Source of the DNA: Chitinophagales bacterium
Lineage (GTDB): Bacteria > Bacteroidota > Bacteroidia > Chitinophagales > JADIYW01
DNA length: 64,000 nucleotides
Direction: 5' to 3'
Assembly (NCBI GenBank): GCA_965216955.1
Contig: CBDCGV010000011.1
Location: 301,125 to 365,124, forward strand
The translations under genes and the position numbers were made by a program. Positions 1 to 10,189 of the stretch are shown here, in pieces; within the stretch, counting starts at the first letter, position 1; the number at the start of each line of letters is the position of its first letter. The notes under the pieces were generated by a model. That model worked only from the letters and a program-made list of their open reading frames with translations, was not told where the DNA came from and ran no database searches.

Positions 1-246
1 AGATAAAACATCCATTTTTTCAAAGCCCTCATTAACACGAACATCATAAATAAAAAGCTTATTCCATGGAGCAATTATGTGAAAGCCTTGCTTAAAAACC
101 TTGTCTTTTTGTAAGCCTCCACCAAATCGTTTAAACAACACACCTTTTTCTCCCGGTTGTATCGTAACAAACAAGTTATTTGTAAGCATACCTCCAATCA
201 TTACTAGCGCAACGACTACTATTCCAATTCTTCCTAAATTATTCAT
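1..246 (-). CDS. SPFH/prohibitin (band 7) family membrane protein, N-terminal part; runs off the window edge
   Basis: Not in the ORF track. Manual translation from the ATG at 246 gives MNNLGRIGIVVVALVMIGGMLTNNLFVTIQPGEKGVLFKRFGGG...GFHIIAPWNKLFIYDVR, a TM helix followed by the typical SPFH N-terminus. Starts 2 nt after the gldB stop. Confidence 0.85.
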   Translation of the reverse strand, partial: MNNLGRIGIVVVALVMIGGMLTNNLFVTIQPGEKGVLFKRFGGGLQKDKVFKQGFHIIAPWNKLFIYDVRVNEGFEKMDVLS

Positions 247-248
247 CT

Positions 249-1277
249 TTACTTTCTTGGTTTATAATTCGATAAATTTAATATTTTCTGCGCATCATTC
301 ATTTCAAACAACTCTTTCATTGAAATATTAGGATGCAATTCCATGTACTTTTTGACAATTTGCCACCCTATCCAACTTCCAACATTGCCCGGAGCATCTG
401 AAGGCATTCCTATGGTTGTAGGGCCATCACCAGTATAACGCTGAAAATCTAACCCTTGTGTGCTATATAAAAGTTCCTTTTCTATAAAAAAGCCCCAAAT
501 TTGAACCTCATGACTTATACACCAATCCAGTTGCTCTTTCGTATAGCCAATTAATTGATACACCTCTTTCTGTGGTAAAGTCTGCTCCAAAAAATAGAGA
601 ATTTTACCTTCATAAATCATTTTTGAAAGCAACACATTTTCGCTAATAGATTCATCTAATAAATTAGTTGCTAAAACATTCATCGCATTAATTACAATAA
701 AGTCCTGTTCTAGTCTATTAATCATATAGCCCGGGAAACCAATTGCGGGATAATACTTGTACTTTTTTCCTAAATACATATCTAATCCAATTCCAAGAAT
801 ATGCTCATAAGTAAGTGCACCATGTCCAAACTCCGAAATAAATGTTACCACCTTTGGAATTTCTTTACTAGGAAAATATGCCTTATAATACTTCAACCCC
901 TGCTCTAATTCTCTCTCAATTTTAACAAAATCCCTAAAAGTATAACTTACCGTATCAAATAAACCTTCAACTGCTTCATTGGTTAAAAACTGATGGATTT
1001 TCGCTTCATACCGCTCATATTCTTTGGCATTGGGAGTTACCTTAATAATTTGCTCCACAAATAATGGGTAAAATATGGGATATGTCTTATGTAATCTTTG
1101 CAGGCCTTCACTTATACTTGAGGGTTCAATTTTGAAAAAGTCCTCTTCAAAACGGTTTACAGACATTTCAATATCAATATCTGTCACGTCTATTTTTTTT
1201 CTATTTTTGTTCCAAGTGCAACCAGAGATAAAAACAATTGTTGCCAATATGAGAGTTGTTAGTTTCATTCCTTTCAT
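249..1277 (-). CDS. gldB: Gliding motility lipoprotein GldB
   Basis: Lipobox ISGC; motifs LGIGLDMYLG, MIYEGKILY, PGNVGSWIGWQIV, ILNLSNYKP; located near nadE as in other Bacteroidota. Confidence 0.85.
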   Translation of the reverse strand: MKGMKLTTLILATIVFISGCTWNKNRKKIDVTDIDIEMSVNRFEEDFFKIEPSSISEGLQRLHKTYPIFYPLFVEQIIKVTPNAKEYERYEAKIHQFLTNEAVEGLFDTVSYTFRDFVKIERELEQGLKYYKAYFPSKEIPKVVTFISEFGHGALTYEHILGIGLDMYLGKKYKYYPAIGFPGYMINRLEQDFIVINAMNVLATNLLDESISENVLLSKMIYEGKILYFLEQTLPQKEVYQLIGYTKEQLDWCISHEVQIWGFFIEKELLYSTQGLDFQRYTGDGPTTIGMPSDAPGNVGSWIGWQIVKKYMELHPNISMKELFEMNDAQKILNLSNYKPRK

Positions 1278-1308
1278 ATAAATACCGTAAAAATAAGATT
1301 ATAAATAT

Positions 1309-1980
1309 ATGAGAACGTTAATTCTAGTTATTGTTGTTGTCTTTGGGATAAATTTAAGCTTTGGCCAATCAGATAATTTCCGTTTTGGCGTTACGGCAAA
1401 TCCCGGATTTAGCTGGTACAAACCAGATAATAAATTCATTGAAAGTGATGGTGTGCGTTTTAATTTCACTTATGGATTAATTATAGACTACGCTTTTGGA
1501 AGCAATGAGCGATACGCTATTAATGGAGGACTTCAAATAAATCTAGCTGGAGGGAGATTGATGTCGACAGATACTTTAGACATGGTGACCAGTTTGTCTC
1601 CCAAAATTCAGTATTTTGAAATTCCACTTTCGATCAAACTGAGGTCAAATGAAGTTAAAGATGACTTTATCTTTTATGGACAAATGGGTATTGTTCCTGG
1701 AATTCCATTTAGAAAAAGAGCAAAATATAGCTCTGAAGATACTGAAGATGACAACATAGCCCTTGAGGATCTTCCGCTTTATCCCAATGTTGTAGAAAAA
1801 GCTGTTCCTTTTCATTTTGGGTTATTAATAGAGGCAGGTATGGAATATGCCCTATCTGAAAATACTTTTTTAATCGGAGGTCTTTTTTTTAATACAGGAT
1901 TCACCAATGTACTAAAAGATGGTGACGATGATAGAATTGTTATGCGCAACTTTGGTTTACGAATAGGTGTTTTGTTTTAA
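1309..1980 (+). CDS. Outer-membrane beta-barrel protein (PorT / OMP_b-brl_2 family)
   Basis: Signal peptide, alternating beta strands, YFEIPLSIKL motif, C-terminal Phe (IGVLF). Confidence 0.75.
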   Translation: MRTLILVIVVVFGINLSFGQSDNFRFGVTANPGFSWYKPDNKFIESDGVRFNFTYGLIIDYAFGSNERYAINGGLQINLAGGRLMSTDTLDMVTSLSPKIQYFEIPLSIKLRSNEVKDDFIFYGQMGIVPGIPFRKRAKYSSEDTEDDNIALEDLPLYPNVVEKAVPFHFGLLIEAGMEYALSENTFLIGGLFFNTGFTNVLKDGDDDRIVMRNFGLRIGVLF

Positions 1981-3632
1981 TGAAAATTGCACTCGCCCAA
2001 TTAAACTACATCATTGGTGATTTTCATCATAATGCTACAATTATGATGGAAGCCATAGAAAGGGCTATTGCAAAAAAAGCGGATTTAATTGTTTTTGGTG
2101 AACTTGCTGTTTGCGGATACCCCCCTAGAGATTTTTTAGAATTTAATGATTTTATTACTAGATCTAATAGGGTTTTAGAACAACTGGCCAATTATGCAAG
2201 CGACAAAATTGCTGTAGTCGTAGGTGCACCTTCCGTCAACCCGAAAAAAGAAGGAAAAGATCTATATAATTCAGCCTATTTTATCGAAAATGGCGAAGTA
2301 AAGGCGATAAGACATAAGGCTTTGCTTCCTACCTATGATATTTTTGACGAATACAGATATTTCGAACCTACTAAAGCATTTGAAATTATCTCATTTAAAA
2401 ATAAAAAGATAGCCCTAACTATTTGTGAAGATATTTGGAACATCGGAAATGAAAACCCCTTGTATACGATCTGTCCGATGGATGAGATGATAGAACAACA
2501 ACCCGATTTTATAATTAATCTATCTGCCTCTCCCTTTTCATACAAGCAAGCTAAAGAAAGAATTGCCATTGTTAAAGCCAATGCCAACCGATATAATGTA
2601 CCCGTTTTTTATTGCAATCATGTTGGAGCGCAGACTGAAATATTGTTTGACGGAGGGTCTTTAGTAGTCACTTCAAACGCTATAGTTTATGATGAGCTTC
2701 CTTATTTTAAAGAGCATATTGGATACTTCGACCTTAATGAAGTATTGCTTGCAAATGATAGGCTTAAAGCAGACAACGATCAGCCTAAAGAAGAAATGGA
2801 ATTGATCCATCAAGGTGTTATTACTGGTATAAAGGATTACTTTGGTAAGCTTGGATTCAAAAAGGCCATATTAGGCTTGTCTGGGGGCATTGATTCTGCA
2901 CTCACACTAACTTTAGCTTGTGAAGCACTTGGTCCAAAAAATGTACTTGCAGTAATGATGCCTTCACAGTTTTCAAGTGACCACTCAATTTCTGATTCGG
3001 AGCAATTGGTAAACAACTTAGGATGTTTGTCAAAGATCATTCCAGTAAAAGTAGTTTACGAGTCTTTTTTAACAGAGTTAAATCCTCATTTTGATGGCAT
3101 TCCTTTTAATATTGCAGAAGAAAATTTACAAGCGCGAATAAGGGGCGTATATTTAATGGCACTCTCCAATAAACATGGATATATTGTGCTTAATACCTCA
3201 AATAAAAGTGAAGCAGCTGTTGGATATGGCACTTTATATGGAGACATGTGTGGTGGCCTTTCGGTAATAGGAGACTTATATAAAACACAAGTTTTTGATT
3301 TATGCAGATACTTAAATCAAGACGGAGAGATTATTCCTGAAAATATTATTTCTAAACCCCCTTCTGCTGAATTGAGACCAGATCAATTTGATTCAGATTC
3401 TTTACCAGACTATGATATTTTAGATGAAGTACTTTTTGAATATATCGAGAAAAGATTAGGACCTGCAGAAATAATTGCCAATGGTTTTGATGAAAAATTA
3501 GTTCGGCGCATATTACGTTTGGTCAATAGAAATGAATATAAGCGATACCAAACGCCTCCAATGATCAGAGTTTCTCCAAAAGCTTTTGGAATGGGTAGAA
3601 GAATGCCTATTGTCGCCAAATATTTAGAGTAA
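1980..3632 (+). CDS. nadE: Glutamine-dependent NAD+ synthetase
   Basis: N-terminal nitrilase domain (ICEDIW) plus synthetase domain GLSGGIDS, ENLQARIRG, SAELRPDQ. Confidence 0.96.
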   Translation: MKIALAQLNYIIGDFHHNATIMMEAIERAIAKKADLIVFGELAVCGYPPRDFLEFNDFITRSNRVLEQLANYASDKIAVVVGAPSVNPKKEGKDLYNSAYFIENGEVKAIRHKALLPTYDIFDEYRYFEPTKAFEIISFKNKKIALTICEDIWNIGNENPLYTICPMDEMIEQQPDFIINLSASPFSYKQAKERIAIVKANANRYNVPVFYCNHVGAQTEILFDGGSLVVTSNAIVYDELPYFKEHIGYFDLNEVLLANDRLKADNDQPKEEMELIHQGVITGIKDYFGKLGFKKAILGLSGGIDSALTLTLACEALGPKNVLAVMMPSQFSSDHSISDSEQLVNNLGCLSKIIPVKVVYESFLTELNPHFDGIPFNIAEENLQARIRGVYLMALSNKHGYIVLNTSNKSEAAVGYGTLYGDMCGGLSVIGDLYKTQVFDLCRYLNQDGEIIPENIISKPPSAELRPDQFDSDSLPDYDILDEVLFEYIEKRLGPAEIIANGFDEKLVRRILRLVNRNEYKRYQTPPMIRVSPKAFGMGRRMPIVAKYLE

Positions 3633-3637
3633 TTATT

Positions 3638-4555
3638 TTAATTTCTAACCTCCCCATCCACATTTAAGTCTGAAACATCAACTCCCAAATAATCTAAAAT
3701 AGTAACTGCAACATCTGTTATAGAAGGATTATCATCAATAATTTTTTTACTAAAAAAATCATTCTGATAAATGGTGAAAATGTTTCTTATCTCTGGAATA
3801 TTTGCTCCTCCTCCGTGGCCATCAGCGTTACCACCATGATCAGTAGTAAAAACAATTAACCAATTTTCTTCTTCATAACTCGGCCTATTTTTCAAAGCAT
3901 CTATAATAGAAGCAATATATTCATCTGTTCGTGTAACAACATCGGTATATGCTTTTACTTCTGGCAAAAACCCGTTCTGATGCCCTGCACCATCTACATC
4001 ATCAAACGCGACAAACAACAAATCAATGTCTTGCTGATTCTTTAGTATTTCTACTGCTTTGTTTTTGATTTGTTCATCTGATCCTCTGAATTTTTCGTCA
4101 GCAGTATTTCTAACTATTAAGTCATTTATAGGTGACCAATTTACCAATGAAGCTGTACGAATGTCTTTGTACTTTGCTTCTAAATGATAAAATACATTTG
4201 GATAGTTTCCAATTCTAGGTGCTCCAAAATCGTTGTCTATCACATTGTGTTTTTGATAATGTACTCCCGTAAGCATACTCGTCCAATTGGGACCACTAAC
4301 CGTTATTGCTTCCGCTAAAGCATTGAGCGCATAAACGGTATTGCTATCCTCTAGAAAACCATTAATTGTAGGTGCAATTTTTGAGGTTAAGACATCGGCC
4401 CTGCAACCATCAATACCAATCAATAGAACTTTTTTATTAGAAGAGTAGTTTTCCGTCCCTTCCGGAACATCGAAATCGTGATAGGTTACCTTTTCACAAT
4501 TAATTACATAAAGCAGGCACAATGACAAGAAGATAACAACGCAGGACTTTCTCAT
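3638..4555 (-). CDS. Alkaline phosphatase superfamily / nucleotide pyrophosphatase-phosphodiesterase, probable lipoprotein
   Basis: GIDG, TVSGPNWTSMLTG (nucleophile region), DVDGAGH and TTDHGG metal ligands; hydrophobic N-terminus ending in Cys. Confidence 0.85.
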   Translation of the reverse strand: MRKSCVVIFLSLCLLYVINCEKVTYHDFDVPEGTENYSSNKKVLLIGIDGCRADVLTSKIAPTINGFLEDSNTVYALNALAEAITVSGPNWTSMLTGVHYQKHNVIDNDFGAPRIGNYPNVFYHLEAKYKDIRTASLVNWSPINDLIVRNTADEKFRGSDEQIKNKAVEILKNQQDIDLLFVAFDDVDGAGHQNGFLPEVKAYTDVVTRTDEYIASIIDALKNRPSYEEENWLIVFTTDHGGNADGHGGGANIPEIRNIFTIYQNDFFSKKIIDDNPSITDVAVTILDYLGVDVSDLNVDGEVRN

Positions 4556-4563
4556 TTAAAAGT

Positions 4564-5139
4564 CTAAATTGAATTTACTTCTTCACTTAGTTTTCCAAAA
4601 ATATCATCGATTGTTCCTTCTCCATTAATTGCACAATACTTGCCTACTTTCTCATAATGAGATGCTACGGGTGCCGTGTTTTGTAGATAAACCTGAAATC
4701 TGTTTCTAATGGTTTGTTCATCATTATCATCGGCTCTACCAGAGGTCTCCCCTCTCTTCAATATTCGCTGTACAATTTCTTCCTCTTGTACATCTAAAGC
4801 CAATACCTTTGAAATAGAAGTTTCTTTGAAATCTAGTAATTTGTCTAAAGCTTCTGCCTGAGGCTGTGTTCTAGGAAATCCATCAAAGATAATTCCTCTT
4901 ACCTTTTCTGCATATTCATCAATCTTGCCGCTTATCATACCAATTACCACTTCATCAGGCACAAGTTCCCCTTTGTCCATGTATTTTTTTGCTTCTAAAC
5001 CAAGTGGTGTTTCCTCTTTTAGTTCACTTCTTAATAGATCACCAGTAGAGATATGTAAAAGGTTAAATTTTTCAACTAATTTTTCGGCCTGTGTTCCTTT
5101 CCCACTTCCAGGAGGGCCAAATAAGATAATGTTTTTCAT
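4564..5139 (-). CDS. adk: Adenylate kinase (short, LID-less type)
   Basis: GPPGSGKGTQA, HISTGDLLR, DGFPRT, GRADD. Confidence 0.97.
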   Translation of the reverse strand: MKNIILFGPPGSGKGTQAEKLVEKFNLLHISTGDLLRSELKEETPLGLEAKKYMDKGELVPDEVVIGMISGKIDEYAEKVRGIIFDGFPRTQPQAEALDKLLDFKETSISKVLALDVQEEEIVQRILKRGETSGRADDNDEQTIRNRFQVYLQNTAPVASHYEKVGKYCAINGEGTIDDIFGKLSEEVNSI

Positions 5140-5164
5140 TTGTCAATAAAACAATTATGAGATG

Positions 5165-5172
5165 CAAAAATA
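5165..5172 (-). promoter_or_regulatory. Bacteroidota primary-sigma -7 element for adk
   Basis: TATTTTTG on the minus strand, matching TAnnTTTG, about 25 nt upstream of the ATG. Confidence 0.6.
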
Positions 5173-5186
5173 GTAATTAGAATTGA

Positions 5187-6098
5187 TTATATGGGTAGTT
5201 TAATTTTGTATTCCTTTTTTTCCGTATTCGTTAAGGATGTCTCCCTAAGCCAAGGGTTTAATAATTTGAGTTGTTTGTAAGTAATATTGTTTTCTTCACA
5301 AAATTTTGGCCAACTGGCTATTGTTTCATCAATCACGACGATCTTATGAGGAACCGGTTGATACATATCTTCTTCTCTTAGCGCAAAACCATACTTGGTT
5401 GGATTTTCAAAAATTGTTTTTAATGCTAAGATTCTAAACAAATAACGATTTGTTTCACTATTTAAGATTAAATCAAAATAGGAGTTCTCTTTTTGTCTTT
5501 CAATCTGCTTTTTGAGACCGGTAGGCCCCATATTATATGCAGCAGCAGCTAACGACCAGGTTCCAAACTTTTCTTTCAATTGCTTAAGATATTTGCACGC
5601 AGCCTTCGTTGATTTTTCTAAATGATAACGTTCATCTACCTCATTATTGACAACCAGGCCTTGCTCTTTAGCTGCAAGCTTTCTAAATTGCCAAAAGCCA
5701 GTAGCCCCCATCGATGAAACAACATTTGACAATCCGCTCTCCGCAATTGCTAAATACTTAAAATCATCAGGAATATTATTTGCACTTAAAATCGATTCGA
5801 TTATGGGCATATATCTATAAGCCCGTTTCATATTTATAATTGTTGAAGAATGGAAATAAGTGTTTACGGTAAGTTCTCTGTCTAACCTTTCTCTTATATT
5901 ATAGTCTTCTAACGGAATTTCTTCGCCAGCAAAAACAATTCGCTCAGGAACATATACTGCGTAGGTGGTCGCATGATTGGTTGAAATCTGGTCATCATTT
6001 TCTGTTGTCTGCGTTTGGTTTTCGGTAGCGCTTACCAAAACAACAAAAATAAATGCAGACAAAGCTCCTATTATAAAATACGTTCCTTTTTCTTTCAT
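5187..6098 (-). CDS. Lytic murein transglycosylase (SLT domain, MltD-like)
   Basis: YLAIAESG (catalytic Glu), GATGFWQF, AAAAYNMG, LysM-like tail LKLLNPWL. Confidence 0.9.
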   Translation of the reverse strand: MKEKGTYFIIGALSAFIFVVLVSATENQTQTTENDDQISTNHATTYAVYVPERIVFAGEEIPLEDYNIRERLDRELTVNTYFHSSTIINMKRAYRYMPIIESILSANNIPDDFKYLAIAESGLSNVVSSMGATGFWQFRKLAAKEQGLVVNNEVDERYHLEKSTKAACKYLKQLKEKFGTWSLAAAAYNMGPTGLKKQIERQKENSYFDLILNSETNRYLFRILALKTIFENPTKYGFALREEDMYQPVPHKIVVIDETIASWPKFCEENNITYKQLKLLNPWLRETSLTNTEKKEYKIKLPI

Positions 6099-6619
6099 TA
6101 ATGTTTCTTTTTATACACAGGTACTGTTGAACAGGGTTCTCCAAACATCAAACTACTAACCATCGGTAATAATCGCTTGGTAATAGCAATATACACATTT
6201 CCTGACAAGTCTATTTTACCACATCCCTTTATTACTACTTTCTTATTCTTATAATCTTCAATTTTAATGCCATTAATTTCATTTATAATGATCTCTTCAA
6301 CCACTTCGACTTTAGAACCAAAAAAAACTTTTTTTGTATGGGGAAACAAATAAGTAGTCAATAACATATAAGCCCACTTAGGAATTATAGCATTGGAAGA
6401 ACAATAAATGGCAACTACTTGATTTTTATAAATGGACCAGTCTTTTTCTTTAAGCATATTTCTATACTCCTTTTCTTTAAGTATTAGTCCCCTAAAAAGA
6501 AAATCTTTTAAATCAATTTCTACAATATTTTGAGTAACAAAAAGCTCTAAATCAAGTGTAATAATGCCACTTTGTGCAACTCTATTTACTAATGGTGTAT
6601 TGTTAAGTTCCATAATCAA
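6098..6619 (-). CDS. DUF2480 family protein
   Basis: VNRVAQSGIITLDLE, CSSNAIIPKWAYML, VIKGCG, SLMFGEPCSTVP match this Bacteroidota family. Confidence 0.85.
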   Translation of the reverse strand: MIMELNNTPLVNRVAQSGIITLDLELFVTQNIVEIDLKDFLFRGLILKEKEYRNMLKEKDWSIYKNQVVAIYCSSNAIIPKWAYMLLTTYLFPHTKKVFFGSKVEVVEEIIINEINGIKIEDYKNKKVVIKGCGKIDLSGNVYIAITKRLLPMVSSLMFGEPCSTVPVYKKKH

Positions 6620-6692
6620 TTAAACGAAAACAAAACTGATTAAGTTGCCTTTTGACAAGGTACCTACCTATAAAAAGCTAAGAAATGTGCTA

Positions 6693-8795
6693 TTAATAGT
6701 ACTCAAATCGTTGATCCTCTATACTATTTTCCTTTTTCAAAGCTTCTAATATGGAGTTAAAAGTTAATTTCTGGATTATACCAGACTTTAACTGAAGCCT
6801 ATTGAATTCAACATTTGTATTCGCTGGATCTTGAAATTCGTTTACCTGAAAAACATATACTCCTCGCTCTCCAGAAACAGGTTTTGAAAGTTGCCCGGTG
6901 GCTGTTCCAAAAACAGCCGCACTAATGTTTGGCTCATTTCCTGCACCATCAATATAAGAGGAAAGAAATCTAACATTCTGTGCCGTTTTAACTTCTTTTC
7001 CTAAAGCACTTGCTGCTTCTTGAATATTTGTAGCATTTGTAAGTGCATTACCTATATCAGCAATAATTTTATCCGTCTTTTTCTCATTAATCACTTTTTG
7101 CTCAATTTCAGTCTTAATACTTTCTAGCGATTGCGTTCCTTCCTTTCTTCTTTCTGCTAAATGTGCAACAATAAATTTATCACTTAAATCAAAAAACTGA
7201 ACATCTCCCTGATCTGCTTTGTATGCCCATTGAACCAAATCCCTTGCACTTCCTAGATTTGGAACCTCAACTTGGTTTTGCGTTAAATTATTTACTTCTA
7301 GGACACTATATATCTCATTGTTTTTGAATAATTCACTCGTTTTATGAGCTTGTTCAAATTCTAACGCTTTTCTATAAAGGTCACTTTCTGTATTCTTACT
7401 TGCCCTTAATGGTAGCACTACCTCCGCCAATTTCACGGCTGGCGTTGTTGGTTTAGAACGCACATTTTTAATGATGTGTAATCCAAATTGTGATTCTACT
7501 TTAGTTATATCTCCTTGAGTAGTATTAAAGAAAACTGCATCATTAAATGGTTTAACCATCACTCCTTGCTTGAAATACCCAAGATCCCCTCCTTTAAATC
7601 CAGATCCAGGATCGGTAGAGTGTGTTTTCGCTGTTTTAGAGAAATCTAGTTTTCCATCTCGTAATAACTCGAACAAACTATCTGCCAATGCAAAAGAGGA
7701 ATCTCTTTCTTCAATGGTAGTATATTTAAAAAGTATGTGGCTTGCTTTCACAGAATCAGCGATAAGCTTCCTATCAATAACTTTTGAAATTTTATATGCG
7801 TTATCTTCAATATAAGGATTGCTTAAAGTATTCACAGGGTCATTAAAAAAAGTGCTCACTAAAGCACGTTCATTAATCTGATCTTCTGTATAATAAGCAT
7901 TATCAAATCCACCATTTGAATTTCTTCTAACAAATAAAGAATCATCTGATGTTTCTAAAAATTCAACTTTTATTTCTTCAGCTCTTTTAAGTGCTTCTAT
8001 GCTATCCTCTCTGCTTGGAATAATATTTATTTGAATGTATTCTAAATCTGCAGAAGCTTCTGCTTGATAATTTTCTGCATTTTCATTTAAATAATTTTTT
8101 AAGTCTTTTTCTGAGGTAGAGATTCCTTCATTCGTAACGTCACTATACGGAAAAGACAAATAAGAAATGGAAGCTGTTTTTGCATTCGACATCGCAAACT
8201 CCTGTGCCATGAATTTTGGAACATAAATTCCTTTACTTACTAAAGATGCATATTTAGTTTTTAATCTATCATCTTCAATAATGTTCTCTATTGCTCTTAA
8301 TTGATTTCTTAGATTGCCTGTTTCATCAATTGTATTTACATTTTCAACGGCATACCTTACCTGTTCAGGTTGAAATTCTCCAGTATTTGGATTTGTAAAT
8401 AAATTACGTACAATAGGATGAATATTATCCCCCCACATTGCATTCCCAATTTCTAAGGGAGAAACTGATAATCCCATATCTTCCATATTTGCACCAAGCA
8501 AAGCATCCATTGCTATGTTATTCCAAACCTCATCTCTGATGGCTGCACTAGTCTGGTCGTCTATGGATTGCTGAGGATTTATAGCTCTAATGTTATTTTC
8601 ATAGGCGTTATACCTGTTAGCAAACTCCTGTATAGAAACACTTTTACCATTAATTTTTCCAACTTTTTGCTTTCCTCCACTCCCAATCATAGAATTGGAA
8701 CTCAAAGCATCCATCATTAAAAAAAGCAGAAGAGCAATGGCTATGAATCCAATTAAAAGCCCCGTTCTCTTCCTAATTTTACCTATTACTGCCAT
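6693..8795 (-). CDS. ppiD: Periplasmic parvulin-type peptidyl-prolyl isomerase / chaperone (PpiD-like, SurA N-terminal domain)
   Basis: MAVIGKIRKR plus TM anchor; rotamase motifs VKASHIL, GGDLGYF, ESQFGLHII. Confidence 0.85.
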   Translation of the reverse strand: MAVIGKIRKRTGLLIGFIAIALLLFLMMDALSSNSMIGSGGKQKVGKINGKSVSIQEFANRYNAYENNIRAINPQQSIDDQTSAAIRDEVWNNIAMDALLGANMEDMGLSVSPLEIGNAMWGDNIHPIVRNLFTNPNTGEFQPEQVRYAVENVNTIDETGNLRNQLRAIENIIEDDRLKTKYASLVSKGIYVPKFMAQEFAMSNAKTASISYLSFPYSDVTNEGISTSEKDLKNYLNENAENYQAEASADLEYIQINIIPSREDSIEALKRAEEIKVEFLETSDDSLFVRRNSNGGFDNAYYTEDQINERALVSTFFNDPVNTLSNPYIEDNAYKISKVIDRKLIADSVKASHILFKYTTIEERDSSFALADSLFELLRDGKLDFSKTAKTHSTDPGSGFKGGDLGYFKQGVMVKPFNDAVFFNTTQGDITKVESQFGLHIIKNVRSKPTTPAVKLAEVVLPLRASKNTESDLYRKALEFEQAHKTSELFKNNEIYSVLEVNNLTQNQVEVPNLGSARDLVQWAYKADQGDVQFFDLSDKFIVAHLAERRKEGTQSLESIKTEIEQKVINEKKTDKIIADIGNALTNATNIQEAASALGKEVKTAQNVRFLSSYIDGAGNEPNISAAVFGTATGQLSKPVSGERGVYVFQVNEFQDPANTNVEFNRLQLKSGIIQKLTFNSILEALKKENSIEDQRFEYY

Positions 8796-8826
8796 GGTAT
8801 AAATTCCTTTTTCTTAAAATAATTTG

Positions 8827-8834
8827 CAAAAATA
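8827..8834 (-). promoter_or_regulatory. -7 promoter element for the ppiD-like gene
   Basis: TATTTTTG on the minus strand about 30 nt upstream of the ATG. Confidence 0.55.
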
Positions 8835-8932
8835 CACTATAATAAGGGTTATTAAAAAGAATGAGCCATTAAAAGCACATAAAACATGCAAGTTTAACTT
8901 AAAAAGCCCTCAAAAACGATGTTAGGATAAAA

Positions 8933-10177
8933 TTACTCGTCTTCTTCAACAATTAATTTAACGGTTTCAATCTTTGTTTCGGAAACATCAAGGATTTTAA
9001 AAGTATATTGGCCAATATGAATCAACTCATTTTTGCTAGGAATACTTTCGTGATTTGTTAAAATAAGCCCTCCTAATGTTTCGTAATCCCCCTCCGGCAA
9101 TTTAAGATTGTATTCTTCTTCTAAGTGATCAAGCTCTATTCTCCCTGACAAAATATATTCATTAGCTGAAAGCTGATTATCTACCAACTCGTCTTCATCA
9201 TATTCATCGTGTATCTCCCCAAAAATTTCTTCTAAAATATCCTCTAGCGTAATGACCCCTGCTGTTCCTCCAAATTCGTCAACCACCCAAGCAATATTTT
9301 TCTCCTCTTTTATTAACATATTCATCAAGTCTTGAACTGGCATTGTTTCTGGAACTGCAGCAATAGGAATTAAAATAGATTTGATGTTATATGGTCTTTT
9401 GTGAAGATCAAAGTGATGTACATACCCTTCTATATTATCAATAGAGTCTCTAAAAACTAAAATGCGAGAATGCGTAGTGTCAATAATTATTTTCTTTAAC
9501 TCTTCAATATTCCCATTAATTTCAATGGCAGCTATTTCAGGTCTAGGAACCATACATTCCCTAACCTTAACATCCTTCAAATAAAGCGCATTTTCAAACA
9601 TCTCCTTGTCAATTTCTGCAGATTGTTCATTTTCCGTTTTATGCTCTTTTACCAACCTTCCCAAATCTGAAGAAGTAAGAGAATACTCTACTTTAGAAAC
9701 TTTTACATTAAATAAGCGCAAAAACAACCTTGTAAGTCCTTTTGTTAGAAAAGAAACAGGTAACAAAAGATAATGAATTACAACAAAGGGCAATGCAAAT
9801 GCAGCAAGTACCTTGTTTGCAAAAACTCTAAACAAGGCTTTAGGAAAAAACTCTCCAATCGTTAAAATAATAAAAGTGGAAATTAAGGTTTGTATAAGCA
9901 AAACGACCACTTCACTCTTAAGGTAATAGAAAATCAAAGGCTCTATAAGTTTGGCCGATATAATACCAAAAATTACCAGTGCAATGTTATTGCCAATTAA
10001 AGTGGTAGTAATAAAGTTGGATGGTTTCTTAACAAACGAGTCTAATATTTTTCCACTTAAACTTCCTTTTTGCTTATCCAGCTCAATCTGTAATCTATTG
10101 GCGGTAACAAATGCGATTTCGATTCCTGAAAAGAAAGCCGATAGTGCCAAGCTAATTATTAAAATAGTTATATCCAT
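8933..10177 (-). CDS. Hemolysin/CNNM-CorC family protein (DUF21 + CBS pair + CorC_HlyC)
   Basis: SAFFSGIEIAF, LIGNNIA, GEFFPK, VVDEFGGTAGVITLEDILEEIFGEIHDEYD. Confidence 0.92.
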   Translation of the reverse strand: MDITILIISLALSAFFSGIEIAFVTANRLQIELDKQKGSLSGKILDSFVKKPSNFITTTLIGNNIALVIFGIISAKLIEPLIFYYLKSEVVVLLIQTLISTFIILTIGEFFPKALFRVFANKVLAAFALPFVVIHYLLLPVSFLTKGLTRLFLRLFNVKVSKVEYSLTSSDLGRLVKEHKTENEQSAEIDKEMFENALYLKDVKVRECMVPRPEIAAIEINGNIEELKKIIIDTTHSRILVFRDSIDNIEGYVHHFDLHKRPYNIKSILIPIAAVPETMPVQDLMNMLIKEEKNIAWVVDEFGGTAGVITLEDILEEIFGEIHDEYDEDELVDNQLSANEYILSGRIELDHLEEEYNLKLPEGDYETLGGLILTNHESIPSKNELIHIGQYTFKILDVSETKIETVKLIVEEDE

Positions 10178-10189
10178 AAATTTGAGTTC

